Of a stretch of 64,000 nucleotides of DNA, positions 10,223-18,335 are shown piece after piece. Made by a program: the position numbers and the translations under genes. The stretch comes from a virus: positions 32,001 through 96,000 of IMG/VR virus record IMGVR_UViG_3300001472_000003; one strand, given 5' to 3'. The first letter of the stretch is position 1; each line of letters starts with the position of its first letter. The notes below the pieces were generated by a model. That model searched no databases. It saw only the letters and a list, made by a program, of their open reading frames with translations, and was not told where the DNA came from.

Positions 10223-11085
10223 TAGAATTCACCTATATTTTCCATTAAATTTTTTAGCTTATACTCAACAAAATAATTAAATAATTTATCTCTTTTATTG
10301 ATACTACTATTTATATAGGTATCAATGACCGATTTTTTAATATTTTGTGGTACATAATTTAAATCAATTAAGGTTTTATTTCTTACCCAATTGCGTGTAA
10401 TCTCTTCATTAATTTTAATATCATCAACACAATTTAATATCTCCTCAAGCATCTTTTTTCTAAGAGGTCTTTGTCTGCTATTAATAAAGCAATCATCTTT
10501 AGATAATACATTCGGAATACCATCGCCACGATCACCTCTAGCTATATGTTCTAACAAGTAACCTTGAGGAGAATCAGATTTAATCCATCTATTTCTTATA
10601 GGATCATATTGTTCAACGTTGGCATTTACTTGTAATTGTATAAAGTCTTTATCTGCAGATAATATAAGGATATATTCTGTTGTACTATTCATAAGCTCAA
10701 CACCATATTCCTGGCATAATGTGCCTATTATATCATCGGCTTCTGCACCAGCTATTTGCATAATCTTATATGGAAAATTATCAATAAGTTCTTGTTTTAT
10801 TTTATCCATCTTTGCAAATAAAGCTGTCCAGTCTAATTCAGATTTCTGTCTAGCTACTTTTCTATGTGCTTTATAATAAGGATAAAATTCTTTTCTCCAA
10901 TATTTTTTATCATCACAGGCAAATACTAAATCACCATACTTACTGCCAAATTTATTTTTAAATCCACGTATTGTATTAAGAACCATATGGCGCAACAGGT
11001 TCTCGGATATTTCTATATTAGTATGATTACCTATTTGCGCCATTAGATTCGCAATCATTACTTGATTCATATCTACTATTATCAT
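10222..11085 (-). CDS. rnh: T4-type RNase H / 5'-3' exonuclease
   Basis: IVDMNQ, WRKEFYPYYKAHR, EADDIIG, SADKDFIQL, GDRGDGIPN. Confidence 0.93.
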   Translation of the reverse strand: MIIVDMNQVMIANLMAQIGNHTNIEISENLLRHMVLNTIRGFKNKFGSKYGDLVFACDDKKYWRKEFYPYYKAHRKVARQKSELDWTALFAKMDKIKQELIDNFPYKIMQIAGAEADDIIGTLCQEYGVELMNSTTEYILILSADKDFIQLQVNANVEQYDPIRNRWIKSDSPQGYLLEHIARGDRGDGIPNVLSKDDCFINSRQRPLRKKMLEEILNCVDDIKINEEITRNWVRNKTLIDLNYVPQNIKKSVIDTYINSSINKRDKLFNYFVEYKLKNLMENIGEF

Positions 11086-11110
11086 TTATCTCTCCGTTAT
11101 AATATATTTT

Positions 11111-11139
11111 ATTATAACATATTAATGATAATAAATCAA
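11111..11139 (-). promoter_or_regulatory. Sigma70-type early promoter
   Basis: TTGATT-N17-TATAAT upstream of rnh. Confidence 0.7.
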
Positions 11140-11144
11140 GTTAT

Positions 11145-11249
11145 TTAATTGGTTATTTTATGAATGCGATAATTTAGAACTTTATTTAATATCTCACGTT
11201 GATGATTACTAATCATTTTTTTAAATTGATATAGTGTGAAATAGTTCAT
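11145..11249 (-). CDS. Riboswitch-associated small basic peptide, 34 aa (not in ORF track)
   Basis: MNYFTLYQFKKMISNHQREILNKVLNYRIHKITN; strong SD AAGGGAGG upstream of ATG. Confidence 0.7.
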   Translation of the reverse strand: MNYFTLYQFKKMISNHQREILNKVLNYRIHKITN

Positions 11250-11277
11250 AGCCACCCTCCCTTGTTAAAGTTTGAGT

Positions 11278-11322
11278 GCGTTCCTTCAGCGAATGCCTAC
11301 TTCCGCCCTTTCGGGTGAACGT
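11278..11322 (-). ncRNA. Glutamine riboswitch aptamer (glnA motif / glutamine-I class)
   Basis: CGUUC-A-CCC(GAAA)GGG-CGGAAGUA-GGC(AUUC)GCU-GAAG-GAACG: P1 CGUUC/GAACG, P2, P3 and E-loop AGUA/GAA; GC-rich island in AT-rich DNA. Confidence 0.82.
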
Positions 11323-11327
11323 ATACT

Positions 11328-11335
11328 TATTTATG
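11328..11335 (-). promoter_or_regulatory. Late promoter variant CATAAATA
   Basis: NATAAATA core ending 5-6 nt upstream of the aptamer. Confidence 0.5.
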
Positions 11336-11561
11336 TATCATTGTTATTAGATATTTGTTTTATGGTGGTAAGACTTTTTTTCACATCAACAATATTTTCA
11401 TTCCCTATAAGATCAATTATTAATGATGTTACTCCAATATCATGATCTAATATTGCCATTTGCTCATTAAGTTTTATTAATTGTTTTTTGTAATAAGCCA
11501 ATTCTTGTTGTTTTCTTAGTCTTGATTCAATTAAATCTGCTAATGATATTATTTTACTCAT
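11331..11561 (-). CDS. Hypothetical coiled-coil protein
   Basis: 76-aa ORF with ATGA coupling to iscA. Confidence 0.6.
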   Translation of the reverse strand: MSKIISLADLIESRLRKQQELAYYKKQLIKLNEQMAILDHDIGVTSLIIDLIGNENIVDVKKSLTTIKQISNNNDT

Positions 11562-11866
11562 ACCGCGAAGCTTTCACCACATCCACATGATGCAACAGAA
11601 TTTGGATTTATTACTTTTAGATAGGATCCCCCCAATTCATTAACATAATCAATAGTACAACCTATAACAAACATTTCACAAACGGGATCTAAAACAAGTA
11701 TATCATCTATAGGATCACTCCATTTAACATCCGGCCATTTGGATTTAAAATCCCAAACATATGTCCATCCGCTACATCCACCACCTTTAACTCCTAATGT
11801 AACATAGTCTCCAGGTGTTGCAACTTCTTTTAAATATTTTTTTGCGTTTTCAGTTAACTTAATCAT
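11558..11866 (-). CDS. iscA: Fe-S cluster assembly A-type carrier (HesB/IscA/SufA)
   Basis: GVKGGGCSG and NPN...SCGCGESF. Confidence 0.9.
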   Translation of the reverse strand: MIKLTENAKKYLKEVATPGDYVTLGVKGGGCSGWTYVWDFKSKWPDVKWSDPIDDILVLDPVCEMFVIGCTIDYVNELGGSYLKVINPNSVASCGCGESFAV

Positions 11867-12483
11867 CTTACTTTAGCTACAGATCCGTCTTTTTTAGCAT
11901 GAAATGCTTCAAAATCAACATTAGGATATTCTTTCTTTAAGGATAATAATGCATTTAAATTACCTTTATCATCATCAAATAATCTTACTCTTTTATATAT
12001 CTTTTGGTTAAGGTATTTTTTAAATACTACTACTTTATTATCTTTTGCTGGTCCTGGACCTAAATTGCCTGATCTTTCAACATATATCTTATCAATATCT
12101 ATACCTTGTTTTCGAAATGTATCTAAAAATAAATCTCTGTCATCAAAATCGGCTCGTGCGGTAACTATAATAACTTTTGAACCAGAACGGGTAGCATGGT
12201 TTAATATAACTTTAACCTTATTAATCATTTTAGCTATTGGTGTAGATGTTTTATTAAAAATCTCTGCATTTTTAAATTCACCAAAGTCAAATTTTTCACC
12301 TGATTTTATTTTATAATTATTAAATTGTTTATTTGATAATTTTTTAATTGTTTTGCCATCTTTAACAACACCAACTTTTGCTTTAGTAATAAACATTGTC
12401 TCATCAACGTCAAATATGGTTAATCCTTTTCCGGCAGCTTCTTCTAAAAATGATTTATAACGAAGCATCATAATATTCGCCAT
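11863..12483 (-). CDS. HAD-superfamily phosphatase-like protein with capsid-targeting-like N-terminus
   Basis: FDVDET, VTAR, K, LFDDD motifs; likely start MLRYKSFLEE (about 12468). Confidence 0.7.
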   Translation of the reverse strand: MANIMMLRYKSFLEEAAGKGLTIFDVDETMFITKAKVGVVKDGKTIKKLSNKQFNNYKIKSGEKFDFGEFKNAEIFNKTSTPIAKMINKVKVILNHATRSGSKVIIVTARADFDDRDLFLDTFRKQGIDIDKIYVERSGNLGPGPAKDNKVVVFKKYLNQKIYKRVRLFDDDKGNLNALLSLKKEYPNVDFEAFHAKKDGSVAKVR

Positions 12484-12486
12484 AAT

Positions 12487-12819
12487 TTATTCCTCTCCAA
12501 AATCAAATGCAAATGTAATATCAGAATTCTCTATTTTCATTTTAGATGCATATTCTTGTAGAGTGTGGGATAAACCAACTCTTCTAGCTAAGGTTGATTT
12601 AATTGCTTCATGAATTAAAAGCATATCTTGTTTATAAGCTTTATCTTCATCAATATTGACACCCATAACTTCTAATTCAGTAAATATCTTCATTGAGATA
12701 TCTATAGACATATTTCTTACAAATGATAATCTTGTTTTAGCTATAGATAATCTCATATCATCTATAGATTGAGGCGGTGATGATTTTTTATATATTGGAA
12801 ATTCTATTATATTAGACAT
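12487..12819 (-). CDS. Hypothetical protein
   Basis: ORF with AGGAG SD. Confidence 0.55.
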   Translation of the reverse strand: MSNIIEFPIYKKSSPPQSIDDMRLSIAKTRLSFVRNMSIDISMKIFTELEVMGVNIDEDKAYKQDMLLIHEAIKSTLARRVGLSHTLQEYASKMKIENSDITFAFDFGEE

Positions 12820-12840
12820 TAATATCTCCTAACATATTAT

Positions 12841-13371
12841 TTATCTCATCTTGCTTTTTGTTTTCTTTTGTTTAGTTTTTGTATAAAGTGCACTAAGTGG
12901 AGATCTATCTTCCTCAGCCATTTCTTTTGTGTATAATCCAATATCATCATATACCGTATTTATTGATCTTTTTACTGTACCATCGGGATTGTATGCTTTT
13001 GCTACACATATATACTTCATTTTATTTTGTTGGTCAACACCATACATAGGATCTATCCAATCTCCTCTTTTGAGATAAGCCTCCATATGTCGGATATAAC
13101 CATCTACATCAGCTAATTTGGATATAGATCCTTTTATATTTCTTCTTATTGCTGATCTTAATTCTGCACGCATATCTTTGTTAATTTTAATCCAACTTCT
13201 AACATTCTTTAAAGATAATGGATTGTCTTCTGGAATTGCAACAACATTAGGATGTATACCATAATAGCCACTATTAGGATTTTTATTTTTCTTGGCTTCT
13301 CTTGCCTTTTCTAATCTAGCTATTAATATATCTTTTTGTTCTTGCGTCATTGACTGTTTCTTTTTATACAT
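12841..13371 (-). CDS. Conserved hypothetical basic protein
   Basis: ERLEKARE-like start; YL..GDWIDP.YG; AYNPDGTVKR. Confidence 0.6.
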   Translation of the reverse strand: MYKKKQSMTQEQKDILIARLEKAREAKKNKNPNSGYYGIHPNVVAIPEDNPLSLKNVRSWIKINKDMRAELRSAIRRNIKGSISKLADVDGYIRHMEAYLKRGDWIDPMYGVDQQNKMKYICVAKAYNPDGTVKRSINTVYDDIGLYTKEMAEEDRSPLSALYTKTKQKKTKSKMR

Positions 13372-13592
13372 TAATCTCCTCCTTCAAATTCAGGATATGG
13401 CATTGGTTTTTCTAAACCAAATTCATCATCCATATAAGCCATAACAATTTCTAGTTCAAATTCTATATTGTCACTTAAATAAATAATGAAAGCATTTAGA
13501 CCTTCTTCACCATCATATATAAGATATTGTTTATCGAGAGTCTTCCAATATTTTCGTATAGCAGCTTTATATACTTCTTTTGTAAAATACAT
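13371..13592 (-). CDS. Hypothetical early protein
   Basis: AAGGA SD; follows sigma70 promoter. Confidence 0.55.
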   Translation of the reverse strand: MYFTKEVYKAAIRKYWKTLDKQYLIYDGEEGLNAFIIYLSDNIEFELEIVMAYMDDEFGLEKPMPYPEFEGGD

Positions 13593-13619
13593 ATCAATTC
13601 CTTTTTTATTTTATAATTT

Positions 13620-13648
13620 ATTATATCACAAAAATAATTAAAGGTCAA
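13620..13648 (-). promoter_or_regulatory. Sigma70-type early promoter
   Basis: TTGACC-N17-TATAAT. Confidence 0.8.
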
Positions 13649-13660
13649 CAAGTAATTTAC

Positions 13661-13783
13661 TTATTTTGCATATTTTTTAATAACATCATAATAATTTTTT
13701 GTAAGTTCAGCATGATCTAATTTTAAAAGTTCATTCTCTGCTTGTAATTTTTTTATTAATCTTAATGCTTCAATTAGGTTCAT
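13661..13783 (-). CDS. Small coiled-coil protein, 40 aa (not in track)
   Basis: MNLIEALRLIKKLQAENELLKLDHAELTKNYYDVIKKYAK; AAGGAG SD. Confidence 0.55.
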   Translation of the reverse strand: MNLIEALRLIKKLQAENELLKLDHAELTKNYYDVIKKYAK

Positions 13784-14750
13784 TTAATACTCCTTTTAAC
13801 ATTTGTTCCCATTGCATTTTTCTTACTTCCCATGTATAGAATGAGTCAGCATATGTTTTTGTCATTTGTACTCTGTGTTGAGCTTGTTCGGAATTTATAA
13901 TTTTTATAGCTTGTATTAAATTAGCCGCAAATTTATTAGCATGTCGTGGTGCATCCTCATCCCACTGATACATATGAGTCCAGTTAGCAGCAGTCTCGGG
14001 AAGAGCCGCTAAATTAGGATGAACACAATATAATCCTGCTGACATTGCTTCCATTAAACACATACACGATGTCTCATGCCAAATAGATGGATATGCCCAT
14101 ATATGATTTGTTTGTAATGCAGAGCGTATTTCTTCATTAGATACTGATCCATGATAATTAATTTTAGGATGGGATTTACATATATCAAATAATTTTTGAT
14201 AAGGTTTATCTCTTTCTTCCCAACCATATATAGCAAATGATGAGAATACATCCAATTCAATATTATCAAACATCTCACATAATTTCTGGAATACCGCCAC
14301 TAATAAATCCAAACCTCTATGAGGAGTAGAATGATACATAAGCTTTATTTTTGTTGAGAAATCTTTTGTGTGTGTTGGTATAGGATCTATAGCATTTTGT
14401 AATACTACACATTTTGAATAAGGTATATTATAATATTTTGCATATCCTTCTAGTTGCCAATTAGAGACAAATACTAATTTATCAAATTTCTTCCATCCTT
14501 CATTCTTTAAATGTTCCGACTCAGGATCTCCGGGTAAATCATGCAACCAATAGATAGTCTTTTTATTTGGGTCTATATTTCTTACCCTAGAACAAATTAT
14601 CTGAAAATTATTAAGTAATTCTTTATCTAATCTGTTGTGTAGCCCAAATTTCATTATTTCAGTGCCACCCATTGCATTTCTATCTGTCTCATTTGTCTCT
14701 GGAGTATTTTCTTTAATAGCACTATCATATATATTTAATGTAACCGCCAT
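13770..14750 (-). CDS. GT-B glycosyltransferase (GT4-like)
   Basis: GGTE, WLHD, FVSNWQ, STPHRGL, YPSIWHETSCMCLMEAMSAG, AALPET. Confidence 0.88.
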   Translation of the reverse strand: MAVTLNIYDSAIKENTPETNETDRNAMGGTEIMKFGLHNRLDKELLNNFQIICSRVRNIDPNKKTIYWLHDLPGDPESEHLKNEGWKKFDKLVFVSNWQLEGYAKYYNIPYSKCVVLQNAIDPIPTHTKDFSTKIKLMYHSTPHRGLDLLVAVFQKLCEMFDNIELDVFSSFAIYGWEERDKPYQKLFDICKSHPKINYHGSVSNEEIRSALQTNHIWAYPSIWHETSCMCLMEAMSAGLYCVHPNLAALPETAANWTHMYQWDEDAPRHANKFAANLIQAIKIINSEQAQHRVQMTKTYADSFYTWEVRKMQWEQMLKGVLNEPN

Positions 14751-14764
14751 AATAATCTCACCTT

Positions 14765-14995
14765 CTATTTAATATTATATCTTTCTTGTAATTCTTTATA
14801 TCCACCAATATGTTTATTATCAATAAAAATTTGTGGTAATGTTCTTACTGATGCGGCTCTTTCTAATAACTCAGCCTTATGATGAGGATGATATCCTATA
14901 TTATATTCAATATAAGTATGGTTATTACTTTCAATAAGATCTTTAGCCATATCACAAAATGAACAACCTTCACGTGTATATATCTCAATGTTCAT
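14765..14995 (-). CDS. nrdC: Glutaredoxin
   Basis: CSFC, TLPQIFID, IGGY. Confidence 0.92.
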   Translation of the reverse strand: MNIEIYTREGCSFCDMAKDLIESNNHTYIEYNIGYHPHHKAELLERAASVRTLPQIFIDNKHIGGYKELQERYNIK

Positions 14996-15267
14996 TAATT
15001 AGATGTCTTTCCAGTTGATACTGGTTTGTTTGGATTGCCCCATGATATATTTGATTTAATTTTAATATATCTTTTATTAGTTTCTTTTTTATTGGGATTA
15101 TTTATTGTAATCCATGGATTTAATCCTTTTCTCCATGCAGTTATAATATGATTCATTTTAATTGTTGGATCTAGATCTCTCTTAACTGCTTTTAAAGTAT
15201 TTTTAGATACATTGTTATGGAGACCTTTTGATGTATAGCCATCACTTTTACTTTTTCTACGCGGCAT
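14995..15267 (-). CDS. Hypothetical basic protein
   Basis: AW.KG.NPWITI.NPN..ETNKR. Confidence 0.55.
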   Translation of the reverse strand: MPRRKSKSDGYTSKGLHNNVSKNTLKAVKRDLDPTIKMNHIITAWRKGLNPWITINNPNKKETNKRYIKIKSNISWGNPNKPVSTGKTSN

Positions 15268-15280
15268 AATATAATTACTC

Positions 15281-15652
15281 CTAATTCACCTCTGTTATTG
15301 ATATAATTTTTGATATATATTTGTCTTCATTAAAACTCACTTCCGCCGACAACAAATCACTTTTAAATATTACATCATTAATATTTGCATCCAGTCCAAA
15401 ATATTGCCATTGTGTTCTAAAATAAGATAACATTTTTGTATTATCAGAAAATAAAAGAGTATATATTGCCTTATTATTAGCAGCATCCCATGTTCTATCT
15501 CTTCTAACAAGGGAATAACTATCTTTTGCAGATATAAGATGAGCATCTATAAATTGTTGAAAATCCGGATTATCACTATTATGGTCTGTATGAAAATCGT
15601 CAAATGTTGCATACACTGATGTGCAAGTAATTTCTATTATTATTTCATACAT
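15281..15652 (-). CDS. Hypothetical protein
   Basis: ORF with GAGG SD. Confidence 0.5.
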   Translation of the reverse strand: MYEIIIEITCTSVYATFDDFHTDHNSDNPDFQQFIDAHLISAKDSYSLVRRDRTWDAANNKAIYTLLFSDNTKMLSYFRTQWQYFGLDANINDVIFKSDLLSAEVSFNEDKYISKIISITEVN

Positions 15653-16219
15653 TTATTTATCCTCTGCTTTATATATGAGATCGGTATAATTATGGTAGCC
15701 ATATTTGCATATCCAATAACTATCTATAATATCACTTGTAGGTGTAATATTATTTTCTTTGAGTGATAATTCTTCTCTAATATTTATATTCTCAATTTCT
15801 GTAAATTTATCTATCATCATATATTTATTAGCATTACCTTTACCAGTAGCATACTTTTTAATAACTGTAGGCGGTATAGATTGATAATTTATTTTATTAT
15901 TAAATAATTTGTGTTTTAATAGTCCTACATTTTCACCTATATGAAAAACCATTCCTGTTGACCCAAATGAATAATTTTCTATAATAACTAAATCACTTTC
16001 TTTACATTTATCTATAGCCCAAGAAGATATATTATCAAATCTTTCTTCTTGTGTGTTATATACCGGATGAGGAAACCCTATAATATTATTATATTTGTTA
16101 TGCAATTTTTTACGGTCCGATAAAAAATAAAATTTACAGTCTTGATAATTAAAATTATCTCCTTCAAAAATGCATATACAAGGAGATGATATAGAATAAT
16201 CTATTCCTGTTATAATCAT
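15653..16219 (-). CDS. RuvC-like nuclease/resolvase
   Basis: GIDYSISSP, IIENYSF, E..GLLK, PPTVIKKYATGKGNANK, SDIIDSY. Confidence 0.8.
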   Translation of the reverse strand: MIITGIDYSISSPCICIFEGDNFNYQDCKFYFLSDRKKLHNKYNNIIGFPHPVYNTQEERFDNISSWAIDKCKESDLVIIENYSFGSTGMVFHIGENVGLLKHKLFNNKINYQSIPPTVIKKYATGKGNANKYMMIDKFTEIENINIREELSLKENNITPTSDIIDSYWICKYGYHNYTDLIYKAEDK

Positions 16220-16419
16220 ATTATTGATAAAGCAACATCACAAATATTAACTATACGTCTGATTGCAATTTCATCACCAGCTAATTCTTCAGCTGTTCTT
16301 ACTTCTTTTATTTCTTTTATTATATACTCAAATTCTTCTTTAGTCAACTCTTTTTTTTCAAAACCTTCTTTGGCTTCTTGAATTTCTTTTTCTAAAGTAT
16401 CCATTATCTTCCACTCCAT
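16216..16419 (-). CDS. Hypothetical acidic protein
   Basis: ORF coupled to the lipoprotein gene. Confidence 0.5.
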   Translation of the reverse strand: MEWKIMDTLEKEIQEAKEGFEKKELTKEEFEYIIKEIKEVRTAEELAGDEIAIRRIVNICDVALSII

Positions 16420-16784
16420 GCTTTCTTAGCCGCATTTAATCTACCATTTGCTGTTTTAACACCTAGCTCACAAAATTTCTGGCTTCCGCCTTTTAACATT
16501 TTATTAGCATGTTTATTTAGACCTTGCATATTTTTCGCTTGTGGGTCATCTCTAAATGAGGTATAGACAGCTAATGCTTCTGTTTGTTCTACCACATATA
16601 TCCATCCCCTGCTACCAACTTCATAACTACAATCAACCCTATCTAGTGATAACTTTGCATATGTCCAATGTCCTACCATATAGGAATCATGATCTCTTGG
16701 TAGTAGGTTTGTTATTGATGATAGACTACATGAGGATAACATTATTGCTAATATCATTATATATATTTTATTCATCGTATTCAT
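16404..16784 (-). CDS. Lipoprotein
   Basis: Signal peptide with lipobox LSSC. Confidence 0.7.
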   Translation of the reverse strand: MNTMNKIYIMILAIMLSSCSLSSITNLLPRDHDSYMVGHWTYAKLSLDRVDCSYEVGSRGWIYVVEQTEALAVYTSFRDDPQAKNMQGLNKHANKMLKGGSQKFCELGVKTANGRLNAAKKAWSGR

Positions 16785-16944
16785 TATATTCTCCCATATC
16801 TACTGGTTCTTCTTCATTCATGTTTTCACTACTTATATATCCCCCACAATAACAACAATATTCTATTGTTTCAGAGTTCTCTGATATAACTTTATATTCT
16901 TCTAAACAGTCACTGCACTTTACTTTTATAATTTTTTGGCTCAT
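16768..16944 (-). CDS. Small zinc-ribbon protein, 58 aa (not in track)
   Basis: MSQKIIKVKCSDC...YCCYCG...acidic tail. Confidence 0.7.
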   Translation of the reverse strand: MSQKIIKVKCSDCLEEYKVISENSETIEYCCYCGGYISSENMNEEEPVDMGEYNEYDE

Positions 16945-16948
16945 AATA

Positions 16949-18112
16949 TTACTTCTTTATAAATTGTTTAAAGTCAACAAATGTATTTGTTTTTCCTTGA
17001 GCATTTTTTCCACCAGTGTCAGTAAAGGTAATATTTCCTTTAATAAACACTTTACCATCAGGTCCTGTAAAATTAATAAATGCGTTATTTGTTGTTCCAT
17101 TTCTGGTTATAGATAAATCAAACCCTTTTTGGAATTGTGTTATCAGATTTTGTAATTCTTTACTCTCTCTTGATGATATAATCTTCATCTTATTAGAATC
17201 ACCTATAGCTGCATAAAAATCATCTTCACCATCGAAACCAAGCATTTTTAACATACGGCTATTAATTTGTTCTTTTTGAGATTTATAATTTTTTTTAAAT
17301 ATTAATGATAAAATTTCTATTACTTCACCATGAGATGCTTTAGCTGTTTTACGTGCTGTAGCTTTATCCGCACCTGACTTCATTTCTGAACCAATAATAT
17401 TCTGCAAATCTAGTAATCGATTTATTTCTTTAGATGAACCATAATCTTTAGTAAATTTAACCACAAATTCTGCAGAGGTTCTTGGTAATGATGACACGTC
17501 ATCGTAGAATATAGTTTTAATTAATGATATAAATGTTGAATTTGATAAATTAATTGATGATGATTTATATGCCTTTAATGATGCCATTATACTATCTATA
17601 ACTACTTTTTTAGAGTCTTTAGTTGTTGTAAGAATAATATCAGCCTTAGTATCTCCCTTGCCTGTATCTCCCGTCATTTCTATATCAAATGTTAAAAAAT
17701 TTAAATCTTCTCCATTAGTTTGGATATCTTTAAAAATTTGGTCACCCATTATTTTTCCAGCAGCTTCTTGTCTTTTAATTTCATTACTTGGTGCTTTAAG
17801 TTTTATTAATTCTTGTTTTTTTTGATTATATATCTTAGTGCATGTAGTGGGTGTTGATCTTGGAGTAACTCTTAACCCTGCTTTTTCTAAAGCTTGTGAT
17901 AAACTAACTGCTGTTGCAAATTCTGAAAGATATCCTAATCTTGATTTTAAATCAATTTGTTCATTTAATTTATAATCAGATATTTTAATAGATTGTTTGC
18001 GACCAAATTTAATTTTTTTAAACAAATCTTTTAATTTTATAGCAATAGAATTTAATATTGATTTAATATTAAATTTTTCTTCTAACTCAGTATATTGTAA
18101 AAATTGTAACAT
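16949..18112 (-). CDS. Putative PD-(D/E)XK restriction-endonuclease-like protein, late-expressed
   Basis: LGYLSE...GDTKADIIL...ASLKAY; own late promoter; N-terminus MLQFLQYTELEE. Confidence 0.5.
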   Translation of the reverse strand: MLQFLQYTELEEKFNIKSILNSIAIKLKDLFKKIKFGRKQSIKISDYKLNEQIDLKSRLGYLSEFATAVSLSQALEKAGLRVTPRSTPTTCTKIYNQKKQELIKLKAPSNEIKRQEAAGKIMGDQIFKDIQTNGEDLNFLTFDIEMTGDTGKGDTKADIILTTTKDSKKVVIDSIMASLKAYKSSSINLSNSTFISLIKTIFYDDVSSLPRTSAEFVVKFTKDYGSSKEINRLLDLQNIIGSEMKSGADKATARKTAKASHGEVIEILSLIFKKNYKSQKEQINSRMLKMLGFDGEDDFYAAIGDSNKMKIISSRESKELQNLITQFQKGFDLSITRNGTTNNAFINFTGPDGKVFIKGNITFTDTGGKNAQGKTNTFVDFKQFIKK

Positions 18113-18134
18113 TTATTTGGTTTCCTCTATTATC

Positions 18135-18142
18135 TATTTATA
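18135..18142 (-). promoter_or_regulatory. Late promoter TATAAATA
   Basis: Exact consensus, intergenic. Confidence 0.8.
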
Positions 18143-18146
18143 ATCC

Positions 18147-18335
18147 TCAATACATGACATGTTGTTGCCATATAAATTGACAATATAATATAATTCCGAG
18201 ATAAAACCAGCCTGCTTCTTTATATTTTGTACTTATCATAAGAGGTATTGATAAAAAAGATAGTATCATCGCATATAATACTATTGCGGGTATTACTATC
18301 AATCTCATAATATTGTTTATTATAATAGGTATCAT
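18147..18335 (-). CDS. Small membrane protein
   Basis: Two hydrophobic segments; ATGA-coupled to nrdB. Confidence 0.5.
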   Translation of the reverse strand: MIPIIINNIMRLIVIPAIVLYAMILSFLSIPLMISTKYKEAGWFYLGIILYCQFIWQQHVMY

